A DNA stretch of 60,811 nt from Candidatus Parcubacteria bacterium (GCA_003599755.1 QZJO01000003.1:1-60811), one strand, 5' to 3'; numbered from the stretch's first letter, positions 17,258 to 26,600 are shown. A program made the numbers and translations. Notes: generated by a model from the sequence alone, not told the origin.

Positions 17258-17785
17258 CTATGCACGCATCTTGTTGTAGAAACTCCAAGAATACCAGGCG
17301 AGAAATCCCAGTCCGGCTCCGTTTACCACGAGCGCAATTCCGCTGGCCGTAAGATCCCCGTTGCTATCCAGAAATAGAATATTCAGAACTTGATACGTTC
17401 GATACGAAACGTATACGACGCCGATCAGCGTTATGAGGAATAAACTTTTGCGAATTTTCTTTTTAAAATTGAGATCTTCTATATTCGCAGGATTCGAAGC
17501 CAACATGCGCTGCAGCCGTCGGTTCGCGAAGAGGAATATAGGCAAGAGCGGTATGGCGACCGAAACAAATACGACAATCGAAAGTCCCATGTCCGAGGGT
17601 CGTCCGAACGAATTTTTGAGAACTTCTTGCACGGCATTCGCGAGGAAGTATACGAGCGCCCATAATGCCCCGAGGGCGATATGCGCCGCGAAGCTTAGCC
17701 GCGAATCCGCTTTTACGATATTTACCGCCGGTTGCGGAGCAATCGATGCGGGAGGTACTGGCGAAGCGCCGGGTTCGTTATTCAT
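17258..17785 (-). CDS. Four-TM hypothetical membrane protein
   Basis: Four hydrophobic segments in 175 aa. Confidence 0.7.
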   Translation of the reverse strand: MNNEPGASPVPPASIAPQPAVNIVKADSRLSFAAHIALGALWALVYFLANAVQEVLKNSFGRPSDMGLSIVVFVSVAIPLLPIFLFANRRLQRMLASNPANIEDLNFKKKIRKSLFLITLIGVVYVSYRTYQVLNILFLDSNGDLTASGIALVVNGAGLGFLAWYSWSFYNKMRA

Positions 17786-17891
17786 GCACTCTAATTAAAC
17801 GGGTGGTATGTGCCTTCACCGTAGAGGCGTCCGGAATAATAGGCAAGCATTGAATATGCACACGCGAGCGGCGCGGTTATCGGGCGATGCG

Positions 17892-18203
17892 TCATCCTTG
17901 ACGATGGATGAACACGAGAACGGCCGAAGATATGGCAATCGATACCAAGAAGAAGAATAGAACATTTTCCACTGGGAAATTATAGATCCAAAAGCCGAGT
18001 ATTTTATCTTCTGAAAAGAACCATGCGCCCCAATGTTCCGCGAAGGGATCAGTGACGAGCTGGTACAGAACGCCGAATGCAGCCATGGCCGCGACGATTC
18101 GGATATTTCGTCTGAGGAAACGGTAATCGTATGCCCAGAACAGACCTATCGCCGCGAAGGTGAATACGAGCAGGTATACAAGATATGAGTATGCGCCGAA
18201 CAT
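17892..18203 (-). CDS. Lycopene cyclase domain protein (CrtYc/Yd-like)
   Basis: 3 TMs, D..W.F, FPVENVLFFF motif. Confidence 0.8.
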   Translation of the reverse strand: MFGAYSYLVYLLVFTFAAIGLFWAYDYRFLRRNIRIVAAMAAFGVLYQLVTDPFAEHWGAWFFSEDKILGFWIYNFPVENVLFFFLVSIAISSAVLVFIHRQG

Positions 18204-18204
18204 G

Positions 18205-18522
18205 CTACTCGCGTATGCCGTATGCGTCCCATAAAAGAGCGGTGACGCTCCCGAACAGCAGTGTCACGAATATGATAAATACCCATTCTTCAATAGGCAG
18301 GCCGAGCCACTCGATGCCCAGTACGTAAGGCCGCTCAAAATACCAAATTCGTTCGCGGATTGCGATGATATCCCAGGGATATGCGAACGGAATTGCAGCA
18401 ACGGGCGCAATCAAGAGCGGACGGATATAGCGCGCGAGTGTTTCGCGTCAAACGATCCAAACAAGCGCCAATGGCAGCAAGACGAATACCGAAAGCCAAA
18501 TCGGATAAGAGTATGCAAACAT
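18205..18522 (-). pseudogene. Second lycopene cyclase domain gene with in-frame TGA
   Basis: MFAYSYPIWLSVFVLLPLALVWIV*RETLARY...WD..W.F..LPIEEWVF; TGA at 18448-18450. Confidence 0.75.
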
Positions 18523-18647
18523 GTATGGCGTACGACCTCGGCTTGAATTTACTCTACCATATGAAGCCTTGTTGCCGGACGAAAAATTGACTTGATAGAG
18601 AAATTGGATACTAATAGACAAACAGAAAAATTCAACGGAGGTTTGGC

Positions 18648-19145
18648 ATGAGACGACGAAGTGCCACGGCGCTCGCCTCCCCGGACGAGAGACAGGCCTT
18701 CGGGGGACGAATCAGAGAAGCGCGGGAAGCAGGGAGTCTCTCGCAAGCGGAGCTCGCTCGAGTGGTCGGCGTGACCGCCCCGTACATCAGCCAGATTGAG
18801 ACCGGTAGTCGGATACCCTCCGATACGATCATCAAGAAGATCGCCACAGCGCTTCCGAATTCAACTCTGGACTGGCGTAACCTCGTCTTGGAGGCAAGGC
18901 GTATCCAGAGTCCGGATGAGGAAGTTGCCGCGCTTTTCGTGAAGAGAACGCCGAGCGTTACTGAACTCACGAAGCTCTCGCGGTGCCCCTCGTTTGCAAA
19001 ATTCACGATGCGGCTCGAACGAAGCGCTCTTTCGCCAGAGCAGATAGAAGATTTGCTCGTGGTTTTCCTGAAGTACTTGGACCTCGCTGAAGAAGGGATC
19101 AAGCGACGGCTGCCTTTCAGTCTCGTCCCGAAGATCAAGAAGTGA
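18648..19145 (+). CDS. XRE-family HTH regulator
   Basis: IREAREAGSLSQAELARVVGVTAPYISQIETGSRIPS. Confidence 0.9.
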   Translation: MRRRSATALASPDERQAFGGRIREAREAGSLSQAELARVVGVTAPYISQIETGSRIPSDTIIKKIATALPNSTLDWRNLVLEARRIQSPDEEVAALFVKRTPSVTELTKLSRCPSFAKFTMRLERSALSPEQIEDLLVVFLKYLDLAEEGIKRRLPFSLVPKIKK

Positions 19146-19164
19146 ACCCGCCGGCAGCACAATC

Positions 19165-19199
19165 GAAAGACGCGTCCAGCGCCGGCGCGTCTTTCTTTA
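19165..19199 (+). terminator. Intrinsic terminator
   Basis: GAAAGACGCG/CGCGTCTTTC then TTT. Confidence 0.6.
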
Positions 19200-19418
19200 T
19201 CATCATTCTTGGTTTTGAGAACCAAATATTGCGGCGTGCGACCTCGATCTGAACCTCCGAGGTCAGGGTTTTAGAGGCGCTTTGATAGCTAGCTTCACTC
19301 TACCCTATGAGGCCTCTCGGCTCGCCTCGCTTTCGCTTGGGCGAAGCGGGTCGGGGCTCGTTTTCAGAGGTTTCGGAGAAAAATGAGACACTTGCGGGAT
19401 ATCGGCATTTCGTGTCTC

Positions 19419-19463
19419 AAAAAGAAAGCCCCGACATGTCCGTACTGCTTGGACATGCCGGGG
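19419..19463 (-). terminator. Intrinsic terminator of the 358-aa gene
   Basis: Minus strand CCCCGGCATGTCC/GGACATGTCGGGG then CTTTCTTTT. Confidence 0.65.
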
Positions 19464-19487
19464 AGTTCGACGCCTGAGCTTCTGAGA

Positions 19488-20564
19488 TCAGGCGGTGAAG
19501 AGATGGCCGGTGGCGCGACGCAGGCGCTCGCGGGTGTTGCCCGTCCTGCGCTTGGTCGCCTTCTGCTTTGCGGAGAAGACGCCGCCGGAGGCGAGGTCGT
19601 CGCTCGACCAGCCGATGAGGTTGAACGGGCCGAAAAGCACTCCCGGCGAGGCCTTGTAGACCGAGAGGACCTCGGTCTCCGTTCGCGTTCCCTCCGCGAT
19701 GAGGCGGCGGTGGCGCTCCTCCATGGTGATCGTGCCCTCGACGATCGAGAGATGCGGCTCGAGGGAAGCCGGCACGGAGTCGAGGAACATCGCGACGTGC
19801 GAAGGAACCGGATGCGGGAAGTCCGCGACCTTGTGAACGCGCGCGTCGACGACGTGGTGGACGTGGCGCTCGGCGATCTGCCGGGTCATGATCGTCCGGT
19901 CCCGCAGGATGCGGTAGGTCGTCTTGGATCCGAGAGGCTGGGAATCGTCCACCGTGACTTCCTCTCGCTTCTTCCCCTTCACGACCGTCGAGGTGAACTC
20001 GTGACGGAAGTAGGAGTAGCAGCAGGCGTCGACGCCGGCCCACTCGACGAGGCCGATGAGCTCGGTCTCCGCCATGAGCTGCAGCCAGTCGGCAAGCGGC
20101 TTGAGCGTGCGCTCGATGCCCTGATGCATCTCGGCCTGAAGATCGCTGACGAGCTCGGGGATGGGCTTGGCCGCCACGATGTACGGGAGCCGGAGCGGCT
20201 GCACGGTTTCGGCGGGCGGGATCTGCTGTGCGAGGAGTTGCCAGGCCTCTTCCCAGGCGTGGGCGTTCCCCGGCGCGACGCCGCTGATGGAGCAGCGGAC
20301 CGCCGAGCGCACGCAGTCCTGGAATTCAGCGTGGTAGCGCTGGAGCAGCGCGAGATCCTGGGCGTAAGCGGCGTAGATGGGCGACTTCGTCTCGAGGTCG
20401 TCGGCCACGAGCGCGAGGATCTTGGAATCCTGGCGGATGACCGCTGCGAGCTCGCGGAAGAGCTCGACGTTCGGGATGGGTTGCGTGAAACGCTCTTCGG
20501 GAGTGACCGTCGCGAAGCGGCGGCCGCCCACTTCCATGAGAACGCGATCGGACGTGGTGTCCAT
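19488..20564 (-). CDS. Hypothetical protein, 358 aa
   Basis: GGAGGA SD before ATG 20564; strong GC3 bias; own terminator. Confidence 0.75.
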   Translation of the reverse strand: MDTTSDRVLMEVGGRRFATVTPEERFTQPIPNVELFRELAAVIRQDSKILALVADDLETKSPIYAAYAQDLALLQRYHAEFQDCVRSAVRCSISGVAPGNAHAWEEAWQLLAQQIPPAETVQPLRLPYIVAAKPIPELVSDLQAEMHQGIERTLKPLADWLQLMAETELIGLVEWAGVDACCYSYFRHEFTSTVVKGKKREEVTVDDSQPLGSKTTYRILRDRTIMTRQIAERHVHHVVDARVHKVADFPHPVPSHVAMFLDSVPASLEPHLSIVEGTITMEERHRRLIAEGTRTETEVLSVYKASPGVLFGPFNLIGWSSDDLASGGVFSAKQKATKRRTGNTRERLRRATGHLFTA

Positions 20565-20734
20565 CGTTCTTCCTCCGCGTTTAATAGTCCGCCGACTTGA
20601 TGGGTTGTTTTGGAACTTTCTGTGCCAGAATTCTTGCATAAAAAGAGGAAATTTTCAAGCCCGAAAAATAGAAAACAGGTACGGGACTTACATCATCCCG
20701 TACCCGTCGCTGCTTGCTACTGGGTACTGCTTCT

Positions 20735-22078
20735 CTACCGGCCGGGACCCTTCGGTCTGCCGCCAGCCGGAACCGGCGTCGCGGCCATGTCGTCCTTGGC
20801 GGTCGTCACCGTCTTGCCGGTGACGATCCCGAGATCCGTGCCGAGCTGCCGAGCCGTGTGGGCCGTCAGCAGCTGAACGAGATCGGCCGCGGCGGAGGCA
20901 GCCTGCGCATTCCCCGCCTGACCGCCGCCCATCACGATCTGCGGAACGAGCTGGGCGCCCTTCAGCGCCTCGGCGTACTGGGCGTTGATCTTCACGAGCG
21001 CTTCGAGCTTCTTGTCGAGGGCGCCGTCGGCGTTCATGACGAGCTGGCGCTTCGCCGCCTCGCCTTCGCCCTCAAGGATGAGCTTGCGCTTGTTCTGCTC
21101 GGCCGCTTCGGCTGCGAGTTTGGCGACCTGCTTGTTCTTCTCGGCCTCGGCGACATCTTTGGCGTTGACCTTCTCCTGCTCCCACTTGGCCTGGGCGGCG
21201 TTGGCCTTGCCTTCCCATTCCACGGTGATGGCGCGCTGCTCGGCCTTCTTGGCGGACGCGACCGAGGTCTGCACGTCCATCGCAATCTGCTGCTGCTGCT
21301 GGATCTGCGCCTCGACGGTGTCGTCGTAGGGCAGCTTCTTGATCGTGAAGTTGAAGGCGCGGATGCCGAACTCGGCGAGCGCGGAGATCTCCTGGCGCTC
21401 CGGCTTGCCGTCCTTGTCCACCACGATCTCGGCGGCGGTGATGGTCTTCTCCTGCCCCGACAGCATGTCCTTGAAGCGGACCTCGCGCTGTCGGGTCTTG
21501 TAGACGCCGAGCTGGATCTGATCCTCCACGTAGTGGATCAGGTCGTTCCGCTTCTCGGCGTAGGACTCCTTGGAGCTCATCGTCGGACCGGCGTGGTAGA
21601 TCGCCTTGTTGGCGCTCGTCTCGATGACCTGCTGCTGGACCGCTTCCTGGCTGCCGTAGCGCGTGTGGATCGCGGTGAGGTTCTTCGCGTCGAGCGGCAT
21701 GTCGTACTGGATCGAGCCCAGCATCGTGCCGTGGCCGCCGTCGTTGAAGCGGACTTCGAGCCCGCAACAGACGAGCTTCCTCGTCACCTTGCCGTCCTTG
21801 TCCTTGATCTCCTCATACTTCTCGGTGTCGAAGCGGTAGATGGACCGCTTCTTGTAGGTGGTCACCTTGCCGAACCACTGCGGCTTCACGCCGGCCGTGG
21901 TGTACCAGGTGAGCGTGCCTTCGAGGGGCGACTGCACGACGAGGATCTCGTCGGCATCGATCTTCTCGAAGGACATGAAGACCGCGAAGACGATGACCAC
22001 CGCGAGGATGGCGGCCATGCCGAGAGCGAAGATGCGGCGAAGTGAGATCGGCCCCTGCGTTGTCTGCGTCGGACTCAT
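20735..22078 (-). CDS. SPFH/band 7 (flotillin-like) protein
   Basis: N-terminal TM, SPFH-like core, EAEK/AEAAE-rich coiled coil, LVPQIVMGG tail. Confidence 0.85.
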   Translation of the reverse strand: MSPTQTTQGPISLRRIFALGMAAILAVVIVFAVFMSFEKIDADEILVVQSPLEGTLTWYTTAGVKPQWFGKVTTYKKRSIYRFDTEKYEEIKDKDGKVTRKLVCCGLEVRFNDGGHGTMLGSIQYDMPLDAKNLTAIHTRYGSQEAVQQQVIETSANKAIYHAGPTMSSKESYAEKRNDLIHYVEDQIQLGVYKTRQREVRFKDMLSGQEKTITAAEIVVDKDGKPERQEISALAEFGIRAFNFTIKKLPYDDTVEAQIQQQQQIAMDVQTSVASAKKAEQRAITVEWEGKANAAQAKWEQEKVNAKDVAEAEKNKQVAKLAAEAAEQNKRKLILEGEGEAAKRQLVMNADGALDKKLEALVKINAQYAEALKGAQLVPQIVMGGGQAGNAQAASAAADLVQLLTAHTARQLGTDLGIVTGKTVTTAKDDMAATPVPAGGRPKGPGR

Positions 22079-22121
22079 CGAGCCCCTCCTGTTGTACGGA
22101 ATGTTGGTTGACGGTTGGCGG

Positions 22122-22373
22122 TTAGGACCTGGCCTTGCGCCGGTCCTTGCCGCGAAGATCGGTCACCCGACCGCGCTCCTCTTCGACCACGTGCTCGAGC
22201 TCGGCTGCCTGAGCGTCCTCGCGGAGCTCGGTCAGTTGCGATTCGAGCTGGCGCTGTTTGGACCGGAAGATCGGAAAGACCTTGGTCCCGCGCCACATCG
22301 GGACGAACACTTGGGTCGCGAAGATGAGCAGAACCACTGCGATCACCAGGAACTCGAGGTACCGAAGAAACAT
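22122..22373 (-). CDS. Small single-TM coiled-coil protein upstream of SPFH
   Basis: AGGAGG SD; TM then charged helix. Confidence 0.75.
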   Translation of the reverse strand: MFLRYLEFLVIAVVLLIFATQVFVPMWRGTKVFPIFRSKQRQLESQLTELREDAQAAELEHVVEEERGRVTDLRGKDRRKARS

Positions 22374-22434
22374 CGCTAAACACCTCCTCTTTGGACTGGT
22401 TGTGAAACAAGCTCTCCGTTATTTTCGCGACTAT

Positions 22435-22463
22435 ATATTACTAAATTATATGCGCTCTGTCAA
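22435..22463 (-). promoter_or_regulatory. Sigma70-type promoter of the TM-SPFH operon
   Basis: TTGACA-17 nt-TAATAT on minus strand. Confidence 0.65.
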
Positions 22464-22607
22464 GAATTCATGCTACGTTGTGGATCCCCGTACTTCCTGG
22501 CCGGTGCCCGCGCGGACGGCTCATCGATAACTAAGTAGCCATCGAAATCACCATGAAAACATTGACCTACGAAGAGGGGAAGGCGCTATGGCTTGCATGA
22601 TCCAAAA

Positions 22608-22638
22608 GAAAATCCACCGCGACGAGCGGTGGATTTTC
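22608..22638. terminator. Terminator hairpin downstream of tRNA-Arg
   Basis: 13-bp stem GAAAATCCACCGC/GCGGTGGATTTTC. Confidence 0.6.
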
Positions 22639-22770
22639 TCTTCTCGCGGCGTCTCAGCCGACTGCCATGTTTGATCTGATCGAATTGGTGCGGATCCAAT
22701 CGAACCAGACCGTCGTTTCAGGCAAAGAAAGCTCCTGGCCCTCTCGGTCTTGGGAACAAGATGTTGAGGG

Positions 22771-22843
22771 CGTGCCCGGGAGGAATTGAACCCCCGACCT
22801 CTTCCTCCGCAGGGAAGCGCTCTATCCGCTGAGCTACGGGCAC
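22771..22843 (-). tRNA. tRNA-Arg(GCG)
   Basis: Cloverleaf GTGCCCG/CGGGCAC-G; arm CTTCC-CTGCGGA-GGAAG. Confidence 0.92.
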
Positions 22844-22949
22844 AAAAATTTTGGCAAATCCTTCGCCGAATTCCATTTGTCTGCCGACCCGCCGTGGGCG
22901 GGCAGGGCTACGGGCAAACGAAATATTTCATTTCGGCCCGACTAGCGTA

Positions 22950-23558
22950 TCAAAATCCGAGGAATTTTGCCAGCGTATCGATGGTAGATTCCTCGTAGCG
23001 TTCTTCGGGCAGATATTCCAAAAGTGTTTCGCGCAGTTCCACGGGATCGGTGTCGCCGAGCGGGATGCGGATGCGCGGCATAAAGCTCCGCTTTACCAGG
23101 ATCGTCAATTCCTTGAACAGCGGCGGATCGTACGAGATCCAAAACGATTGGGCATTTTCGTATTCATAGAGCTCCGAGCCAACGCGTACGCCGCGGTCGG
23201 TGACGCGTACGGTGATGGTCTTGGGCCGGCGGAACGCGGATGCGATGAGCAGCGATCCGGAAATCACGAGCATCGCGGCAAAGAGCATGTTGCCGAACCA
23301 TATGGCGCCTGCGGCGCCGAGGATCAATGCGCTACCGCTCAAGGTAAGCCAGCGTCGGCTTTCGGGAAGCGGCTGGGCGTCGAGCGTTTCCCAGGCGAAC
23401 AGTTCCTCGCCGGCTGAAAAATCGGCAGCGGCAAGCTCGGGGTGCGCGGCTTCGGCGGTTTCGATCAATGGCGGGACAACCGGGGCCGGGAGTTCGTGCC
23501 CGGTATCCAGGGGAATGGTTCGCACGGCGACCGTGCGCAGATCCAACGTTCGTGGCAT
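22950..23558 (-). CDS. Two-TM membrane protein, DUF5673-like
   Basis: W..W TM pair, ITVRVTDRGVRVG..YEYENAQSFW, IDTLAKFLGF end. Confidence 0.7.
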   Translation of the reverse strand: MPRTLDLRTVAVRTIPLDTGHELPAPVVPPLIETAEAAHPELAAADFSAGEELFAWETLDAQPLPESRRWLTLSGSALILGAAGAIWFGNMLFAAMLVISGSLLIASAFRRPKTITVRVTDRGVRVGSELYEYENAQSFWISYDPPLFKELTILVKRSFMPRIRIPLGDTDPVELRETLLEYLPEERYEESTIDTLAKFLGF

Positions 23559-23672
23559 GCGTTCAGTATAGCAGAGGTTTAATGACAATCGGGTGTGGTT
23601 ATGCACCGGTTCGACATGTATTGAAGACGGGCGCCCTCGAAGCTTCGAGGGCGCCCGGGGAAAGACGGACGA

Positions 23673-24203
23673 CTAGGGTGCCTTGGCGGCTGCTTTGCGC
23701 CGTTCGGTTTCGCGCTGGACGCACTGCTCCAGGCGTTCGGCGCGTTTCTGGCCAACGGTCTGTGTTTCCTTGAGCTGGCGCCGGAGCGCGGCGTTCTCCC
23801 GGCGGAGCTTCGCGGCTGAATCTTGGAACGCCCGTTGGCGATCCATGAGCGGCTGCCGGACTTCTTGGGCCTTGGCCGCGTCGTACTGGGTGCGCGGCAC
23901 ATACGGCACGAAGAGCAGATCGCCGGGCTTGAGGTTTTTGGCCTCCGCCTTGGCGCCTGCATCCGCGGAGCCGAAGTTCTGCTGGTACGATGCTCCGATG
24001 CAGCGCGTCGCATCGAAGCCCGGCGGCAGCTGGCTTTTCTTGGCCAGATCCGCACAGATGTTCTCGATCGGCGTGCCGCCGGCAAGGTCTTGTTCGTGGA
24101 CTTCGACGAGTTCGACGCCAGCCTGATCGGAGGCGCGATATCCCTCGGCTGGCTGCGCCATAAGCGCTGCGAGTATCGCAATGATGGCCGCACTCTGATG
24201 CAT
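23673..24203 (-). CDS. Secreted protein with LysM-like segment and coiled coil
   Basis: Signal peptide; NLKPGDLLFVP; coiled-coil C-terminus. Confidence 0.6.
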   Translation of the reverse strand: MHQSAAIIAILAALMAQPAEGYRASDQAGVELVEVHEQDLAGGTPIENICADLAKKSQLPPGFDATRCIGASYQQNFGSADAGAKAEAKNLKPGDLLFVPYVPRTQYDAAKAQEVRQPLMDRQRAFQDSAAKLRRENAALRRQLKETQTVGQKRAERLEQCVQRETERRKAAAKAP

Positions 24204-24220
24204 GAACCGTTCCTTTCGGT

Positions 24221-25000
24221 CTAACGCCATCCGCCGCGCGGGCCGTGCCGGCGCGGGGAGGGGCTCGTGACATGCTGCGTAGGATTCGAGGTCGCGTGGC
24301 CGCCGTACCCCGCAGCATCGGCCTGGTTCGCGTTCTTGTTGGTGTTCGCGTTGCGGTTCGAGTTCGTCGCGTTGGTGCGCACGTTGGTTGATGAGCGGAC
24401 GTCAACGGGGCTCTGCGCCTTGCTTGTCGCCGAGCCGCCTTTCGCGTCGGCGTTCGACTTTGCGTTTGAATCGGCGCGCGCGGCTCCGCCGGTCGCGGTG
24501 GAGCGCTGATCCTGCCCTTGGCCCTGTTGCTGTTGCTGATCGACCGAGAGCGCCGCGTCCGTGGCCTGCTGCGGCGATACGTCGCCGCCGACGCCGGTGA
24601 CCGTGAGGGATTCGTTCGCGTTGATCCTCGTGGTCGCGGGGCGCAGGAGTGCGGCCGCGCCGATCTGTCCGCCGGCGAAGAGTGCGGCGGGCACGACCGT
24701 GCCGACCAGAGCGTTTTTCAAACTGTTCTCGCCGACGCAGGTCTTGGGATTGAGTGACTGCACTTGGCGCACCATGTGATCCTTGTCCAGGTGCACCAAG
24801 AGCGTCTCGTCGCACACGTGCGCTGGGAACTTGTCGCCGCCCATCAGCGTGGAGAGTTTGGTCACCCACCAGCTGTCGCCGTTGGCGGCCTCGCTCAGAA
24901 GCATCCGGTTCATGTGATTGCGCGCGGCCTCGCCCGTGCAGGCCATGAGGCCAAGACAGCTGGTCAGCAACGCGAGCATGCGGATGGTTAGTCGGTTCAT
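24221..25000 (-). CDS. Putative lipoprotein with low-complexity tail
   Basis: Lipobox-like LMA-C; Q/N/A/T-rich C-terminal half; AAGGAGG SD. Confidence 0.65.
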   Translation of the reverse strand: MNRLTIRMLALLTSCLGLMACTGEAARNHMNRMLLSEAANGDSWWVTKLSTLMGGDKFPAHVCDETLLVHLDKDHMVRQVQSLNPKTCVGENSLKNALVGTVVPAALFAGGQIGAAALLRPATTRINANESLTVTGVGGDVSPQQATDAALSVDQQQQQGQGQDQRSTATGGAARADSNAKSNADAKGGSATSKAQSPVDVRSSTNVRTNATNSNRNANTNKNANQADAAGYGGHATSNPTQHVTSPSPRRHGPRGGWR

Positions 25001-25016
25001 CCGTGGCCTCCTTGGC

Positions 25017-25745
25017 CTATTGGCAGGATGTGGTCTCTTCCTTGAGAAATCCGTTGGCGAGTGACGCTCCGGCCATCACGCCAGTAGCGGCATTCCATAC
25101 GCCGGTAGCGAACGCGCCGCCTGACGGCCGGATTGTTGTGACCGATGCGGGCGCGCATGGCCGGAACACCGGGGGCGGAGTCGGCGGGGCGAGTGGCGGC
25201 GGGACCTGAGCGACTGCTGGCGGTTCGGCGCGGCTCACCACAGGTGGTTCGACGCGGCTCACCACTGGCGGCGCGCGCCGATCGATGATCGGGTTACCGC
25301 ACATGAGCGAGATGAACGCGCGGCCGCGATAGGCAAGCACGCGTTCGCCCTCGTAGCAGGGCCGCTGAAACGTGCCAAACGAAAATAGGCGCCGTTCCCC
25401 TGGTTTCGACGCCGAGACGGTTGCGGGCCGGATGTATTCGATCGCCACCGACGAGTTGTTCGCGGGCCAATCGCACCGGACGATCCGCACTTCGCCGCTC
25501 TGGAGAAACGCGATGAGCTGCTTCGGATGGCCAAGCGGGATGCCGGCCGCCTTGCCGATACGGTCGGCAAGCACGGCGGGCGGCACGCGGAAGCTCTGCG
25601 ACTCGATTTTCTTGATGAGATCCTCCTTGATCCGGACGGATCGGTCGAGTGAGATGTAGAATGGCTTTCCTTGCTCGGCAAACGATGCCGTGGGGCCGAG
25701 GAAAACCGCGAGAACCGCGCACAAGATGCCGATGGCGTGGCGCAT
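25017..25745 (-). CDS. Secreted hypothetical protein with Pro-rich repeat
   Basis: Signal peptide; SLMCGNP; tandem PPVVSR(V/A)E; AAGGAG SD. Confidence 0.7.
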   Translation of the reverse strand: MRHAIGILCAVLAVFLGPTASFAEQGKPFYISLDRSVRIKEDLIKKIESQSFRVPPAVLADRIGKAAGIPLGHPKQLIAFLQSGEVRIVRCDWPANNSSVAIEYIRPATVSASKPGERRLFSFGTFQRPCYEGERVLAYRGRAFISLMCGNPIIDRRAPPVVSRVEPPVVSRAEPPAVAQVPPPLAPPTPPPVFRPCAPASVTTIRPSGGAFATGVWNAATGVMAGASLANGFLKEETTSCQ

Positions 25746-25933
25746 AGGTACTCCTTCGGGGAAGCGCTGGTTTGGAAAAGGACGGTTGGACGCCTAAACC
25801 GTAGGACGACTGTTTCGGCGCCGATCTTACAGCTCATAGGCACCGCGTTGACAAGACGGCTGAGCGTGCTTAGCTGGCGGCAGTCTGCTCGTTTATCCAG
25901 CGAGTGCTGGATTTACTTCGCGGAGGGAGATCG

Positions 25934-26125
25934 GTGAACTTCATTCAGCGCGGCCTCGCTCGGTTCGATGTCGCAGCGGCACTGGTCGTCGGCCTGGTTA
26001 TCGTCATCGTTGATATGGCCGCGACCGGCGGGATACTGTCACGAGATGCGGCGACGACGATAGTAATCGCGGCATTCGTCATCGGCATGGTGGCGATCGT
26101 ACTGCACTGGATCCGGCGGCGGTAA
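25934..26125 (+). CDS. Small two-TM protein
   Basis: GGAGGGA SD, GTG start. Confidence 0.55.
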   Translation: MNFIQRGLARFDVAAALVVGLVIVIVDMAATGGILSRDAATTIVIAAFVIGMVAIVLHWIRRR

Positions 26126-26145
26126 CCGGAAAGGAGAAACACGCG

Positions 26146-26373
26146 ATGAAAGGGAAGGCCTGGCGGCCCAAGGAGGACGTCATGGTTACGGCAAAGCTCA
26201 CGATCCTGGGGATCGTGTTCGCGGCGATCTTCGGAATCATCACGGAAGCTGCCGTTCGCGGCCTCTTGTCCGACGGCAGCGCGACGGTTCTTGCGCTCGC
26301 GCTGAGCGGTTTTGGCGTGGCGCTGGCCGTGCGGATGCTGCGCAATCAGGAGGGGAGAAATCGTGCTCGATAA
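26146..26373 (+). CDS. Small two-TM protein
   Basis: AAGGAG SD. Confidence 0.55.
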   Translation: MKGKAWRPKEDVMVTAKLTILGIVFAAIFGIITEAAVRGLLSDGSATVLALALSGFGVALAVRMLRNQEGRNRAR

Positions 26374-26515
26374 AGCGGTTTCCTTCGTGGTCGGCTTGCC
26401 GCGCCAGATCCGGGAAGAGCCGCTCTTGATCTTCCCGCTGGCGATGTTCCTGGCGATCATCGTGTTGGCGGTTTTCGCTTTCCTGGCCACTGTTTGTCCC
26501 GATGAACCGCCATAG
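26363..26515 (+). CDS. Small single-TM protein
   Basis: AGGAGGGG SD, GTG start, overlaps previous gene. Confidence 0.5.
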   Translation: MLDKAVSFVVGLPRQIREEPLLIFPLAMFLAIIVLAVFAFLATVCPDEPP

Positions 26516-26600
26516 CGGTACCCCCGCTATGGTCTGCCGCCGTGCATGGGCGAGAAAAATCTCGTCACCTGTGCGGCGGCTTCTTTATTTTTTGTTGTAG

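Noticed and set aside
18448-18450. TGA as sense codon (code 25 or 4) explaining the cyclase stop
   Set aside because: Many intact genes here end in TGA at the expected C-terminus (pilM, gatC, gatA, recG), and long ORFs are open under code 11
19383-22045. Long plus-strand ORFs 19383-20600 and 20714-22045
   Set aside because: Antisense shadows of high-GC3 genes that have SDs and, for SPFH, family motifs
22553-22600. 15-codon ORF MKTLTYEEGKALWLA
   Set aside because: Too short to support; at most a gene fragment
25221-25265. 21-nt tandem duplication
   Set aside because: Only encodes a PPVVSR(V/A)E linker repeat
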